DNA of 23,719 nucleotides from a virus (Duplodnaviria; Heunggongvirae; Uroviricota; Caudoviricetes): IMG/VR virus record IMGVR_UViG_2671180296_000011, positions 1 to 23,719 of that record; one strand, 5' to 3'. Shown piece by piece: positions 1 to 7,552 of this stretch (position 1 is its first letter; each line of letters starts with the position of its first letter). The notes under the pieces were generated by a model. It saw only the letters and a program-made list of their open reading frames with translations, ran no database searches and was not told where the DNA came from. The position numbers and the translations under genes were made by a program.

Positions 1-433
1 ATGTTTAGACACGTGAAAAAACTTCAATATACAGTACGTGTAAGTGAGCCAAACCCAGGCTTGGCTAATCTACTTTTAGAACAATTCGGCGGGCCACAGG
101 GTGAGCTTGCAGCAGCATGCCGATACTTCACTCAAGGCTTAAGTGATGAAGATGCAGGCCGAAGGGATATGCTGATGGACATAGCAACAGAAGAACTAAG
201 TCATCTCGAAATTATTGGTTCTCTTGTTGGTATGCTCAACAAAGGTGCAAAAGGAGCACTTGCTGAAGGAACTGAGAATGAAGCTGAGCTTTACCGTTCC
301 TTAACTCAAAATGGCAATGACAGCCATATAACTTCTCTCCTCTACGGAGGAGGCCCGGCATTAACTAATTCAGCTGGAGTACCCTGGACTGCAGCTTATG
401 TTGATACTATTGGCGAAGTCACGGCCGATCTTC
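1..433 (+). pseudogene. Mn-containing catalase, 5' fragment truncated by IS1 insertion
   Basis: N-terminus MFRHVKKLQYTVRVSEPNPGLANLLLEQFGGPQGELAAACRYFTQG matches the Mn-catalase (CotJC/YjqC-type) N-terminal pattern from memory. The ORF runs into the IS1 left end and takes its stop codon (436-438) from IS1 sequence. About 145 codons of an expected ~280-300. Confidence 0.65.
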
Positions 434-488
434 GGTGATGCTGCCAACTTACTGATTTAGTGTATGATGGTGTTTTTGAGGTGCTCCA

Positions 489-764
489 GTGGCTTCTGTT
501 TCTATCAGCTGTCCCTCCTGTTCAGCTACTGACGGGGTGGTGCGTAACGGCAAAAGCACTGCCGGACATCAGCGCTATCTCTGCTCTCACTGCCGTAAAA
601 CATGGCAACTGCAGTTCACTTACACCGCTTCTCAACCCGGTACGCACCAGAAAATCATTGATATGGCCATGAATGGCGTTGGATGCCGGGCAACCGCCCG
701 CATTATGGGCGTTGGCCTCAACACGATTTTCCGCCATTTAAAAAACTCAGGCCGCAGTCGGTAA
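489..764 (+). CDS. insA: IS1 InsA (transposition inhibitor / N-terminal part of InsAB' transposase)
   Basis: 91-aa product [43 protein letters not shown]... with zinc-finger CxxC pairs and HTH, as in IS1 InsA. Confidence 0.9.
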   Translation: MASVSISCPSCSATDGVVRNGKSTAGHQRYLCSHCRKTWQLQFTYTASQPGTHQKIIDMAMNGVGCRATARIMGVGLNTIFRHLKNSGRSR

Positions 765-1186
765 CCTCGCGCATACAGCCGGGCAGTGACGTCATCGTCT
801 GCGCGGAAATGGACGAACAGTGGGGATACGTCGGGGCTAAATCGCGCCAGCGCTGGCTGTTTTACGCGTATGACAGGCTCCGGAAGACGGTTGTTGCGCA
901 CGTATTCGGTGAACGCACTATGGCGACGCTGGGGCGTCTTATGAGCCTGCTGTCACCCTTTGACGTGGTGATATGGATGACGGATGGCTGGCCGCTGTAT
1001 GAATCCCGCCTGAAGGGAAAGCTGCACGTAATCAGCAAGCGATATACGCAGCGAATTGAGCGGCATAACCTGAATCTGAGGCAGCACCTGGCACGGCTGG
1101 GACGGAAGTCGCTGTCGTTCTCAAAATCGGTGGAGCTGCATGACAAAGTCATCGGGCATTATCTGAACATAAAACACTATCAATAA
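683..1186 (+). CDS. insB: IS1 InsB reading frame (expressed as InsAB' fusion by -1 frameshift)
   Basis: 167-aa frame [16 protein letters not shown]...[21 protein letters not shown]...HYLNIKHYQ is IS1 InsB. It overlaps the insA 3' end in the -1 frame. Confidence 0.9.
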   Translation: MPGNRPHYGRWPQHDFPPFKKLRPQSVTSRIQPGSDVIVCAEMDEQWGYVGAKSRQRWLFYAYDRLRKTVVAHVFGERTMATLGRLMSLLSPFDVVIWMTDGWPLYESRLKGKLHVISKRYTQRIERHNLNLRQHLARLGRKSLSFSKSVELHDKVIGHYLNIKHYQ

Positions 1187-1310
1187 GTTGGAGTCATTAC
1201 CCGTTTTTGATTATCCCCGCACACTCGCGCAGAGGAGTCTCCCTGTCGGGCTGCGGTCTCTGTTAATGCGGAAATACGGCGACAATACCGCGCATGGATA
1301 ATAAGGTCGC

Positions 1311-1535
1311 TCAACACACTGGCTGTAATGCAGCCGATACCATGCGGCATTTAGCGGCATTCATCGTACACTCAACGGTTAGCTCTTCATTCGTGGCATT
1401 CACCTGAAAGATCCGGGAGTGTAATTGCGTACATTTACCACTGAACGAACCTTCAACAAGAACACGACCACGCTGCAAAATACGGAACAGAATTGTTCCC
1501 TGAAAAGGCTTTACGGTTACCAGTAATTTCTTCAT
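1311..1535 (-). CDS. hypothetical small protein downstream of Rz (74 aa)
   Basis: Start taken at internal Met (MKKLLVTVKPF...) preceded by GGAG about 7 nt upstream. Same strand as Rz. No family recognised. Confidence 0.3.
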   Translation of the reverse strand: MKKLLVTVKPFQGTILFRILQRGRVLVEGSFSGKCTQLHSRIFQVNATNEELTVECTMNAAKCRMVSAALQPVC

Positions 1536-1558
1536 GCATTCTCCGGATAACAAAAATA

Positions 1559-2026
1559 CTAGTTAATACACTGAGTGCGGATATATTCCTGCGCCCCTTC
1601 CAGCTGCTTCTGCATCATCATCAACCGCTCTCTGAGAGTGAAATAATCCCGTTCAACTGTGTCTGCCAGTCGGGGGCCGGTTGCATTATCCACGCCGGAG
1701 GTGCCGGTGGCTTCACGCACGGTACCGGAGCAGGTGGCGTTGATCCGCAGGCGCTTACGACCAGCGGCAACATCAGCACGCAGAGTTTCATTTTCAGCTC
1801 TCGCATCGGCTAATTCCCTCGAGTATCTGGCATCAAGTGCAGCGACATCACGCTGGCGTATCTGCATATCAGTAATTGTCGCGTTCGCCAGCTCCAGCTC
1901 TCTGACTTTTTTATCGCGCTGCGCTTTGTAGGTGATGGCGTTATCGCGGTAATGATTCAGCCCCAGACCAAGCGCACCACAGGCTACCAGCAGGACAATA
2001 ATCACCACACACAGAACACGGTTCAT
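1559..2026 (-). CDS. i-spanin Rz (lysis, inner-membrane spanin subunit)
   Basis: 155 aa with N-terminal TM segment and ...[17 protein letters not shown]...DVAAGRKRL...[17 protein letters not shown]..., closely resembling lambda-family Rz. Confidence 0.85.
   Translation of the reverse strand: MNRVLCVVIIVLLVACGALGLGLNHYRDNAITYKAQRDKKVRELELANATITDMQIRQRDVAALDARYSRELADARAENETLRADVAAGRKRLRINATCSGTVREATGTSGVDNATGPRLADTVERDYFTLRERLMMMQKQLEGAQEYIRTQCIN
1621..1791 (-). CDS. o-spanin Rz1 (outer-membrane lipoprotein, embedded in +1 frame of Rz)
   Basis: Embedded [35 protein letters not shown]... has a lipobox (VVSAC) and a proline-rich mature part typical of Rz1. Start set at the second Met. Confidence 0.7.
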   Translation of the reverse strand: MKLCVLMLPLVVSACGSTPPAPVPCVKPPAPPAWIMQPAPDWQTQLNGIISLSESG

Positions 2027-2154
2027 ATCCCCCTCACCCCAGCATCCCCGACGAAGACAACATCATCCAGCCTAAGAGCAACCAGCATTAGTGAAAATGA
2101 AATGCCGACGATTACACAGAGGATCTTCGCCAGCGTTATGAGCTTGTCTGACAT
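2023..2154 (-). CDS. hypothetical 43-aa single-TM peptide, stop overlapping Rz start (ATGA)
   Basis: [46 protein letters not shown] with AGAGGA about 8 nt upstream. Its TGA overlaps the Rz ATG. Below the 60-aa ORF-track cutoff; found by manual translation. Confidence 0.3.
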   Translation of the reverse strand: MSDKLITLAKILCVIVGISFSLMLVALRLDDVVFVGDAGVRGI

Positions 2155-2166
2155 GCTTAATCCTCT

Positions 2167-2349
2167 TCACGATTTCAACGCAATGACCAGTTTTGCCAGC
2201 CCATACAGCATCGGAGACACAGCAATACCGACCGCCACCCACTTAATAGCAAAAGCCAGCGCTCTGCTGATGTCATCAGTTACAGGCGCTTTCAGTTCAA
2301 GGCCGTTTTTCATAGTCAACCTCAACAGAATTCGTTTATACTTTTCCAT
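2167..2349 (-). CDS. hypothetical 60-aa protein with C-terminal TM segment
   Basis: Internal Met MEKYKRILLRL... preceded by AAGGGAGAA. The longer 86-aa version would have to encode through the 2383-2415 hairpin, so the short start is preferred. Confidence 0.3.
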   Translation of the reverse strand: MEKYKRILLRLTMKNGLELKAPVTDDISRALAFAIKWVAVGIAVSPMLYGLAKLVIALKS

Positions 2350-2382
2350 GTTCTCCCTTGCCTTATCCAAGGTCAGAAACAC

Positions 2383-2420
2383 AAAACCCCGCTTGCTGCC
2401 AACAAACGGGGTTTTACTTT
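2383..2420. terminator. GC-stem hairpin (AAAACCCCG...CGGGGTTTT) with T-rich flanks on both strands; possible bidirectional terminator
   Basis: 9-bp stem at 2383-2391 and 2407-2415. TTTTACTTTTATT follows on the plus strand and TGTGTTTCT on the minus strand. Lies about 90 nt downstream of the endolysin stop. Confidence 0.45.
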
Positions 2421-2504
2421 TATTCACTTAGGTTTTGCCAGTTCGCAGGATTTCGTGTTATCCGTCCGCGTTGGTCAACGTCATTTTTCAGCAAAATATT
2501 CTGC

Positions 2505-3038
2505 TTATCTGTCGATTCCCCAGCACGCCAGCGCGCTCTCCTGGTCACGACGGGATATCTGACCGTAACAGTTGTTTGAGCGGATACGGCAGTCTCTGCC
2601 ACCGTCCTTAATCCACCAGCGAATCGCTTCACACGCTCCCCTGCGATCGCCTGCATTAATTCGTTTATAAAACGTCGACGGGAAACACTTACCGGGGCCA
2701 ATGTTATACGGACAGAATGACGCGATCCCCGCTTTCTGGGGTTCAGTCAGTGGCACTTTGATGTTTTTCGCCACCCATGCCAGCGCCTTATCACGTTCAA
2801 TGGCGTTAACCCGGTCGCATTTTTCCTTTGACAGCTTCATGCCAGGAATAACAGGCTTACCATCCACCCGGGTGGCTCCACGGCAGATGGTCCAGATCCC
2901 CGCACCATCACGGTATGCCGTGGTGTGGTTACCTTCCTTTTCATCCAGAAACTGGTCGAGGATTTCAGGCGCAGGCGCACCTGCGGCAATCAGCGCCAGA
3001 ACGGCAGCCGACAGACCGTATTTGATTTTGGTGTTCAT
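2505..3038 (-). CDS. SAR endolysin (phage lysozyme R, GH24 T4-lysozyme-like)
   Basis: 177 aa with N-terminal signal-anchor-release segment MNTKIKYGLSAAVLALIAAGAPAP and E...D...T catalytic pattern (DEKEGNHTTAYRDGAGIWTICRG) typical of phage 21-type SAR lysozymes. Confidence 0.85.
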   Translation of the reverse strand: MNTKIKYGLSAAVLALIAAGAPAPEILDQFLDEKEGNHTTAYRDGAGIWTICRGATRVDGKPVIPGMKLSKEKCDRVNAIERDKALAWVAKNIKVPLTEPQKAGIASFCPYNIGPGKCFPSTFYKRINAGDRRGACEAIRWWIKDGGRDCRIRSNNCYGQISRRDQESALACWGIDR

Positions 3039-3166
3039 GGATATTTATCAGGATTTATCGGTTCCGAATCCCTGGATATGTTAAGTCTTCAGCCCGCCAG
3101 TGGTGGGCACTGGTGTTTTACCTGATGGCTGAAATATATCTGACAATTCCCGTCGAGGATTTAGCA

Positions 3167-3481
3167 ATGTATAACGATGAACATAAATATACCGCCTGCA
3201 TGCAGGCCATGAATGAACAATTTAAATCAGCATTCCTTAAACTCATTCAGCAAAACCACGAAGCAGTAAAATCCATTCAGGCTGAGCCGTATGGACACCT
3301 CACACCACCAACTCTCGACATTATGTCCAGAATATTAACACCAGCCATGCTTCTACGTCTGAAAGACAATATAAATGACTGGTTAAACGAAGAATTAAAC
3401 TACCTTGAATGTGAGTGGGATCATCATTACGCCAAATCACAAAAAGAACGCATCTTCCGTCGATTATCCGGCAACAGATAA
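3167..3481 (+). CDS. hypothetical protein (104 aa), AT-rich moron, antisense to lysis operon
   Basis: ORF from MYNDEHKYTACMQAMNEQFK... with GAGGA about 9 nt upstream. Start placed at internal Met of the 3113..3481 ORF. Region is AT-rich. No family recognised. Confidence 0.4.
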   Translation: MYNDEHKYTACMQAMNEQFKSAFLKLIQQNHEAVKSIQAEPYGHLTPPTLDIMSRILTPAMLLRLKDNINDWLNEELNYLECEWDHHYAKSQKERIFRRLSGNR

Positions 3482-3490
3482 CGAGCCAGC

Positions 3491-4132
3491 TTATATACGT
3501 CCTTTAAGATAAGTCAGTCCTGGATGAAACCAGTAAGCCGGCACTTTTTTAAAGGGCGGATTATCAAAATCACGAAGAAGAGCCTCCCGCACAACTGCAT
3601 CCTTGTCCGCACCACTGGCCAGCGCTTCAATCTCAGCAGCTACCTGCAGATATCCCATGCAACGACCAATGCGCTTCATTAGTCCCTGCTTTTTATTGTT
3701 CTTCAGGTAATCAATGGCAAATTCAATGAGCGCCTCACTGTGCTGGTGCGATGCTGGTGTTACTTTTCCATCTTCACGGATCGTGATATTCCAGTCATCG
3801 CTTGTCACAATAAAAGATGGCCGATTATCCCCCCATTCCTGGTCTTTATCCGGTGCAGACGCAATAAAATAACGTTTATTGCCTTCCTCTCCGGCACTTT
3901 TAACTGTAATGGAGTACTTTTCTGACAATGCGGTCGGTAAAAACTTTTCCTGCAAAATCTTCGCAAAGGTCCTGCGAGCAATTTTGATGCAATCATCGTA
4001 AAACGCTGCTTCCTGCTCATCGCGGCGTTTTTTTTCATCTTCAGAAACCATCAGCACCGACAGTTTTTTATTCAGTTCAGTGATTTCATTTTCCAGGCAA
4101 CTTATGCGCTGATTCATTTCTTCATGGTTCAT
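3491..4132 (-). CDS. hypothetical protein (213 aa) with N-terminal coiled-coil-like segment, between holin and endolysin
   Basis: Long uninterrupted ORF MNHEEMNQRISCLENEITELNKKLSVL... starting 3 nt after the holin stop, on the same strand. No family recognised. Confidence 0.5.
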   Translation of the reverse strand: MNHEEMNQRISCLENEITELNKKLSVLMVSEDEKKRRDEQEAAFYDDCIKIARRTFAKILQEKFLPTALSEKYSITVKSAGEEGNKRYFIASAPDKDQEWGDNRPSFIVTSDDWNITIREDGKVTPASHQHSEALIEFAIDYLKNNKKQGLMKRIGRCMGYLQVAAEIEALASGADKDAVVREALLRDFDNPPFKKVPAYWFHPGLTYLKGRI

Positions 4133-4135
4133 CGT

Positions 4136-4351
4136 CTACTCTCCCCGCGCCGCCTTACGCCGGTCTTCTTTAATTTTGAAATACAGGTTCGTCAGGTACG
4201 TCAGCAGACCAAACAGCAGACTCTCCAGCACGCCTATTGCCACCCACTGGGACGGAGAGACTTTGTCCAGCAGCTGCAGTAACCAGTATCCCGTCCCCAC
4301 CGCTGACGTGGTGTATGACACACCTGTTGTGATTTTTTCCATCTGGTACAT
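4136..4351 (-). CDS. class II pinholin (phage 21 S21-like) with dual-start motif
   Basis: [71 protein letters not shown] closely matches phage 21 S as recalled. Two Met codons (MYQM) fit the holin/antiholin dual start. GGGAGA RBS upstream. The 36 upstream codons of the ORF-track frame are not used. Confidence 0.85.
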   Translation of the reverse strand: MYQMEKITTGVSYTTSAVGTGYWLLQLLDKVSPSQWVAIGVLESLLFGLLTYLTNLYFKIKEDRRKAARGE

Positions 4352-4651
4352 ACCCCGTCTCCCGTTATCCGGAAGCTGACAACAATAAAAAAGCCACCCG
4401 TTAATTACTGATGGCTCTGATGCATAAACGTCATCATTCCTGACCGTTATGATTGACAATGGTTATCATTTTTATATAAAAATACTCCCGATATGTGTTA
4501 CATATCATTTCTCCACGGGGAATATCCCCACGCCAGCGTCAGACTCGTTTTCCCGTTCTCTTCTGTGCTGGCGTTTTTTTATTATGATGTCGGTGCATTT
4601 ATTTCCAGCACCAGGCTTTCAATCTCAACACCATACGCGGAATTTTTGGGC

Positions 4652-4680
4652 GTAAAAAATCCCCTCCGGTGAGGGGATTT
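4652..4680 (-). terminator. rho-independent terminator (minus strand)
   Basis: Perfect stem AATCCCCTC / GAGGGGATT with CGGT loop at 4658-4679, followed on the minus strand by a T6 run (plus-strand A6 at 4654-4659). Confidence 0.6.
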
Positions 4681-4911
4681 GCTTATGTAAACATTTACAC
4701 TGCTTACCTGCATGGTGCCGGGTGCCTCCCGGTGAATTCAGTATCAGCACCTGAATCCGCAATTATCCCATATACCTACTTGCTGATTGCCCCTCCGCAC
4801 AGGGGGATTCACCATGCGAAATTTTTTTAACAAATGCTCAGTCTGACAGGCAACTGTCAACTGACTGAATTGTGAGACAATTAAAATTTTCGGGGCGTAA
4901 CTGATACCCGG

Positions 4912-5076
4912 TTAACTACCTGGCATGTCCTTTTTCACCAAAGGAAAAAGCACCACCACAATACCGACCACCAGCACTCCATCCGCCAGCACCGACATGA
5001 TCCTGCTGGTGAAATCCACCATCACCACCAGAAACAGCAGGAGTGCCACAGCGGCCAGACGCAGTTTTACCGTCAC
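4912..5076 (-). CDS. hypothetical 54-aa two-TM hydrophobic peptide, translationally coupled to upstream TerB-like gene
   Basis: Manual translation from GTG overlapping the upstream TGA (GTGA): VTVKLRLAAVALLLFLVVMVDFTSRIMSVLADGVLVVGIVVVLFPLVKKDMPGS. Not in the ORF track (under 60 aa, GTG start). Confidence 0.35.
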   Translation of the reverse strand: MTVKLRLAAVALLLFLVVMVDFTSRIMSVLADGVLVVGIVVVLFPLVKKDMPGS

Positions 5077-5504
5077 AGGTGGTTCTCCAGTCGCAGGCCA
5101 AGAACACCAGCAATCTCTTCCAGAACCTTACGCTCTTCCGGCTCAATTTCACCATCTGCTTCAGCAATGGCCACCGCCACATCCAGCACATCTTCCGCTT
5201 CACGCGAATCGTGTTTCACATCTTCAATTTCACGCAACGCTGCACGACGACCAATTTTAAAATTGGTGTCAAGCTGACCTGTGATCGTGGCACTGATGGC
5301 ATTAATTTCTGACGTAAATGCGGACAATGCTGGCTGGTTACGTAATACCTGTTCGATCTTCGCTTTCTCTGAAGTCTCACATTCACCATCTGCATAGGCC
5401 ACCAGGTAGGCAGCATTAATAACCGCCTGTGCCAGATCGCGTTTCTCAAACTTTTTAATTTCAGTTGCTGCTCTGCGGGTTTTCTTTTTGAAAATACCAA
5501 ACAT
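5073..5504 (-). CDS. TerB-like domain protein (tellurite-resistance TerB / DjlA-N-like fold)
   Basis: 143 aa with two repeats of the TerB-type pattern ...AAYLVAYADGECETSEKAKIEQVL... and ...VAVAIAEADGEIEPEERKVLEEIAGVLGL.... AAGGA RBS upstream. Confidence 0.5.
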   Translation of the reverse strand: MFGIFKKKTRRAATEIKKFEKRDLAQAVINAAYLVAYADGECETSEKAKIEQVLRNQPALSAFTSEINAISATITGQLDTNFKIGRRAALREIEDVKHDSREAEDVLDVAVAIAEADGEIEPEERKVLEEIAGVLGLRLENHL

Positions 5505-5640
5505 CGTGACTTTTCCTTTTAGTGGGTGAGCCTGCGCCCGGGGGTGACCAGCCCACAGAGAAAGTCACACTGACCATCCAGTAAGCTCCCCCCTGAAAAG
5601 CTCTGTGGTTTTTGATATGCGCCGGGCGTGGCGCGGATAC

Positions 5641-5664
5641 AAAAAAGGCCCGCAAAAGCGAGCC
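5641..5664 (-). terminator. candidate rho-independent terminator following the tRNA cluster (minus strand)
   Basis: Minus-strand GGCTCGC-TTTT-GCGGGCC stem (one G-U pair) followed by TTTTTT. Confidence 0.4.
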
Positions 5665-5677
5665 AGGAAAATAAGTA

Positions 5678-5754
5678 TGGCGCGTTGTACTGGATTCGAA
5701 CCAGTGACCGATTGCTTAGAAGGCAATTGCTCTGTCCGACTGAGCTAACAACGC
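5678..5754 (-). tRNA. tRNA-Arg (anticodon TCT, reads AGA)
   Basis: Reverse complement GCGTTGT-TA-GCTCAGTCGGACAGAGC-A-ATTGC-CTTCTAA-GCAAT-...-GGTTCGAATCC-...-ACAACGC-G-CCA folds as a canonical cloverleaf with encoded CCA. Confidence 0.8.
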
Positions 5755-5767
5755 ATGATGCAGATAA

Positions 5768-5848
5768 TGGACCGCCATCGAGGACTCGAACCCCGCACCA
5801 ACAACCCTGTTATCGTGTCGTCTGCTCTTCCTGATGAGCTAATGGCGG
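5768..5848 (-). tRNA. tRNA-like gene in the argN position, non-canonical anticodon arm
   Basis: Acceptor CCGCCAT/ATGGCGG, D-arm GCTC-ATCAGGAA-GAGC, T-arm CGGGG-TTCGAGT-CCTCG and CCA end are present. The anticodon region only pairs as ACGAC/GTTGT around an 11-nt loop. Confidence 0.4.
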
Positions 5849-5855
5849 TATGTTA

Positions 5856-5931
5856 TGGTGGCCCTTGCTGGATTTGAACCAGCGACCTGGCGATTATGAG
5901 TCGCTCGCTCTCACCACTGAGCTAAAGGGCC
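5856..5931 (-). tRNA. tRNA with CAT anticodon (Ile2-lysidine type, ileZ-like, or Met)
   Basis: Reverse complement GGCCCTTTAGCTCAGTGGTGAGAGCGAGCGACTCATAATCGCCAGGTCGCTGGTTCAAATCCAGCAAGGGCCACCA is near-identical in layout to E. coli ileX-type tRNA. Confidence 0.8.
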
Positions 5932-5971
5932 GGGCGCAGGATAATAACGGTACGTAACTAATTCTGCAATA

Positions 5972-7030
5972 TCATCCGTTCTGACTGACTAAATCCTGAA
6001 CTTCCTTGACCGTCTGCTCAAAACGCTCAGTCTCCAGCTCAACGCCAATTGCACGACGTCCCAGCGCCATCGCTGCTTTGACCGTCGAACCCGACCCCAT
6101 GAAAAAATCTGCAACCAGATCTCCCGGACGACTGCTTGCGCTGATTATCTGCTGCAACATTTCTGCCGGTTTTTCGCACGGATGTTTCCCGGGATAGTAC
6201 TGCACCGGTTTATGCATCCACACATCGGTGTACGGCACCTGCACAGTCACACCGAAATACCGCCGCAAATTTTTATATTCTCTCAGCAGTTCCGTATACT
6301 GCCGGTTCAGTTCACTGTATGTGCTGACCAGCTGGTGGTGTGGCTGCTCCAGTTCACCGCGCTGATGTTTTTCTGCTGCAACACGCGCAAACAACGCCTG
6401 CAATTTGTTGTAATCAGCTTCGTTCGGTAACTGCCACTGGCGGGCACCAAACCAGTGCGACACCATGTTTTTCTTTCCGGTGGCTTCCGCTATCTGTTTC
6501 GACGTTATCCCCAGTGATTCACGCGCATCACGAAAGTAAGAAATCAGCGGAGACATCACATGCTGTTTAAGCTCGCGCTCCTTTGCCGCATAGCCGCCAT
6601 TTTTTGGCTGGTATGGCCCCTGATAATGTTCAGCAAACAGAATACGCTCTGTGGCGGGAAAATACGCCCGCAGGCTTTCCTTACTGCACCCGTTCCAGCG
6701 TCCGGACGGCTTCGCCCAGATGATATGGTTCAGCACGTTAAAGCATTCGCGCATCATGATTTCGATATCAGATGCCAGGCGATGACCACAGAACAGGTAA
6801 AGACTTCCGGCGGGCTTTAATACCCGCCAGAACTGCGCCAGACACTGGTCCAGCCATTTCAGGTAATCATCATCGCCCTTCCACTGGTTATCCCAGCCCT
6901 CGGGCTTCACTTTAAAGTATGGCGGGTCTGTGACTATCAGGTCGACAGAGTTTTCCGGTAAGGCCTGGATAAACTCCAGGCAATCAGCGTTGATTAACTC
7001 ACAACTGGATATTTTTACAGTATCAACCAT
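5972..7030 (-). CDS. orphan DNA methyltransferase (beta-class N6-adenine/N4-cytosine type)
   Basis: 352 aa with DPPY motif IV near the N-terminus (LIVTDPPYF) and FxGxG AdoMet motif I near the C-terminus (FFMGSGSTVKAA). No restriction endonuclease gene adjacent. Confidence 0.8.
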   Translation of the reverse strand: MVDTVKISSCELINADCLEFIQALPENSVDLIVTDPPYFKVKPEGWDNQWKGDDDYLKWLDQCLAQFWRVLKPAGSLYLFCGHRLASDIEIMMRECFNVLNHIIWAKPSGRWNGCSKESLRAYFPATERILFAEHYQGPYQPKNGGYAAKERELKQHVMSPLISYFRDARESLGITSKQIAEATGKKNMVSHWFGARQWQLPNEADYNKLQALFARVAAEKHQRGELEQPHHQLVSTYSELNRQYTELLREYKNLRRYFGVTVQVPYTDVWMHKPVQYYPGKHPCEKPAEMLQQIISASSRPGDLVADFFMGSGSTVKAAMALGRRAIGVELETERFEQTVKEVQDLVSQNG

Positions 7031-7171
7031 AGATCAATAAGCACTTCTCTGATAGGCTCATACCGCTTTTGCGCAAAGCAGATGGGCCTGAGGTTTGCTT
7101 GTGACCCCAACGTATGAGCAGATGGCTGGCAGGTGCCGCTAACACCCACCAGCCGCCCATTACCACAAATT

Positions 7172-7192
7172 AAAAAGCCTTCACTGCGGAAG
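7172..7192 (-). terminator. candidate rho-independent terminator (minus strand) after small regulator-like gene
   Basis: GCCTTC-ACTGCG-GAAGGC hairpin followed on the minus strand by TTTTTAATTTG. Overlaps the stop of the 7181-7378 ORF. Confidence 0.4.
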
Positions 7193-7378
7193 GCGTCTGT
7201 AACAACCGAACTGATAATCTGCCAGACCCGCCATAACAAGCTGGGTCAGTATTAACTGACAGCGTTCGCGTGAAAGGTAAGTATTCTGCGCAATTTCCCC
7301 GACGGTCGCCGGTTCGGTGACACTTAATTCATTAAACACCACTCTGGCGGTTTCGGTCATATCCTGCTGTTTTAGCAT
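7181..7378 (-). CDS. hypothetical small protein (65 aa), possible winged-helix DNA-binding protein
   Basis: Internal Met start MLKQQDMTETARVVFNELSVTEPATVGEIAQNTYLSRERCQLILTQLVMAGLADYQ with AAGGGA upstream. HTH-like sequence pattern only; family not recognised. Confidence 0.35.
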   Translation of the reverse strand: MLKQQDMTETARVVFNELSVTEPATVGEIAQNTYLSRERCQLILTQLVMAGLADYQFGCYRRLPQ

Positions 7379-7552
7379 GTCTTTTTCCCTTTTCTGGTTA
7401 ACGTGACATACCAATACCTCTTGTCGAAAAAGCCAGCAAGCTGAAAGACCGGTATTAATAACCACCAGCGCGTTTAATATACCGCACCACTTTCGGGGCA
7501 TAAAAAAATGCTCAATGACGGGCAGTAAAAATTCTTTGTTACTCAGGTGATT

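Larger units (their letters stand above)
434..1201 (+). mobile_element. IS1 insertion sequence (768 bp)
   Basis: Left end GGTGATGCTGCCAACTTACTGAT at 434-456 and right end ...ATCAATAAGTTGGAGTCATTACC at 1179-1201 form the IS1 terminal inverted repeats. Contains insA and the overlapping insB frame. Flanking 9 bp (ccgatcttc vs cgtttttga) do not match, so no target-site duplication. Confidence 0.92.

Noticed and set aside
522-1152. Minus-strand ORFs inside IS1 (522..737, 632..901, 862..1152)
   Set aside because: IS1 is known to encode only insA and insB on one strand. These are antisense chance frames.
2350-2427. Longer 86-aa version of the small ORF (2167..2427)
   Set aside because: Its first 26 codons would run through the strong 2383-2415 hairpin. 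The internal Met with an RBS is more plausible.
1493-2431. Plus-strand ORFs 1493..1813, 1659..1931 and 1952..2431 opposite Rz/Rz1 and the small ORFs
   Set aside because: Antisense to well-supported spanin genes. Low-complexity Ser/Thr/Ala-rich translations typical of antisense frames.
4352-4459. N-terminal 36-codon extension of the holin ORF (ORF-track frame 4136..4459)
   Set aside because: The homologous holin starts at the MYQMEK dual-start motif, which has a good RBS. The extension has no recognisable holin sequence.
4660-5680. Looked for Shiga toxin genes (stxA/stxB) between the tRNA cluster and the holin, as in Stx phages
   Set aside because: No ORFs of the right size or with A-subunit or B-pentamer character. 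The slot holds the TerB-like gene and a small TM peptide instead.
6006-6820. Plus-strand ORFs inside the methyltransferase gene (6006..6197, 6182..6430, 6340..6570, 6560..6820)
   Set aside because: All are antisense to a 352-aa ORF with canonical methyltransferase motifs. No independent support.
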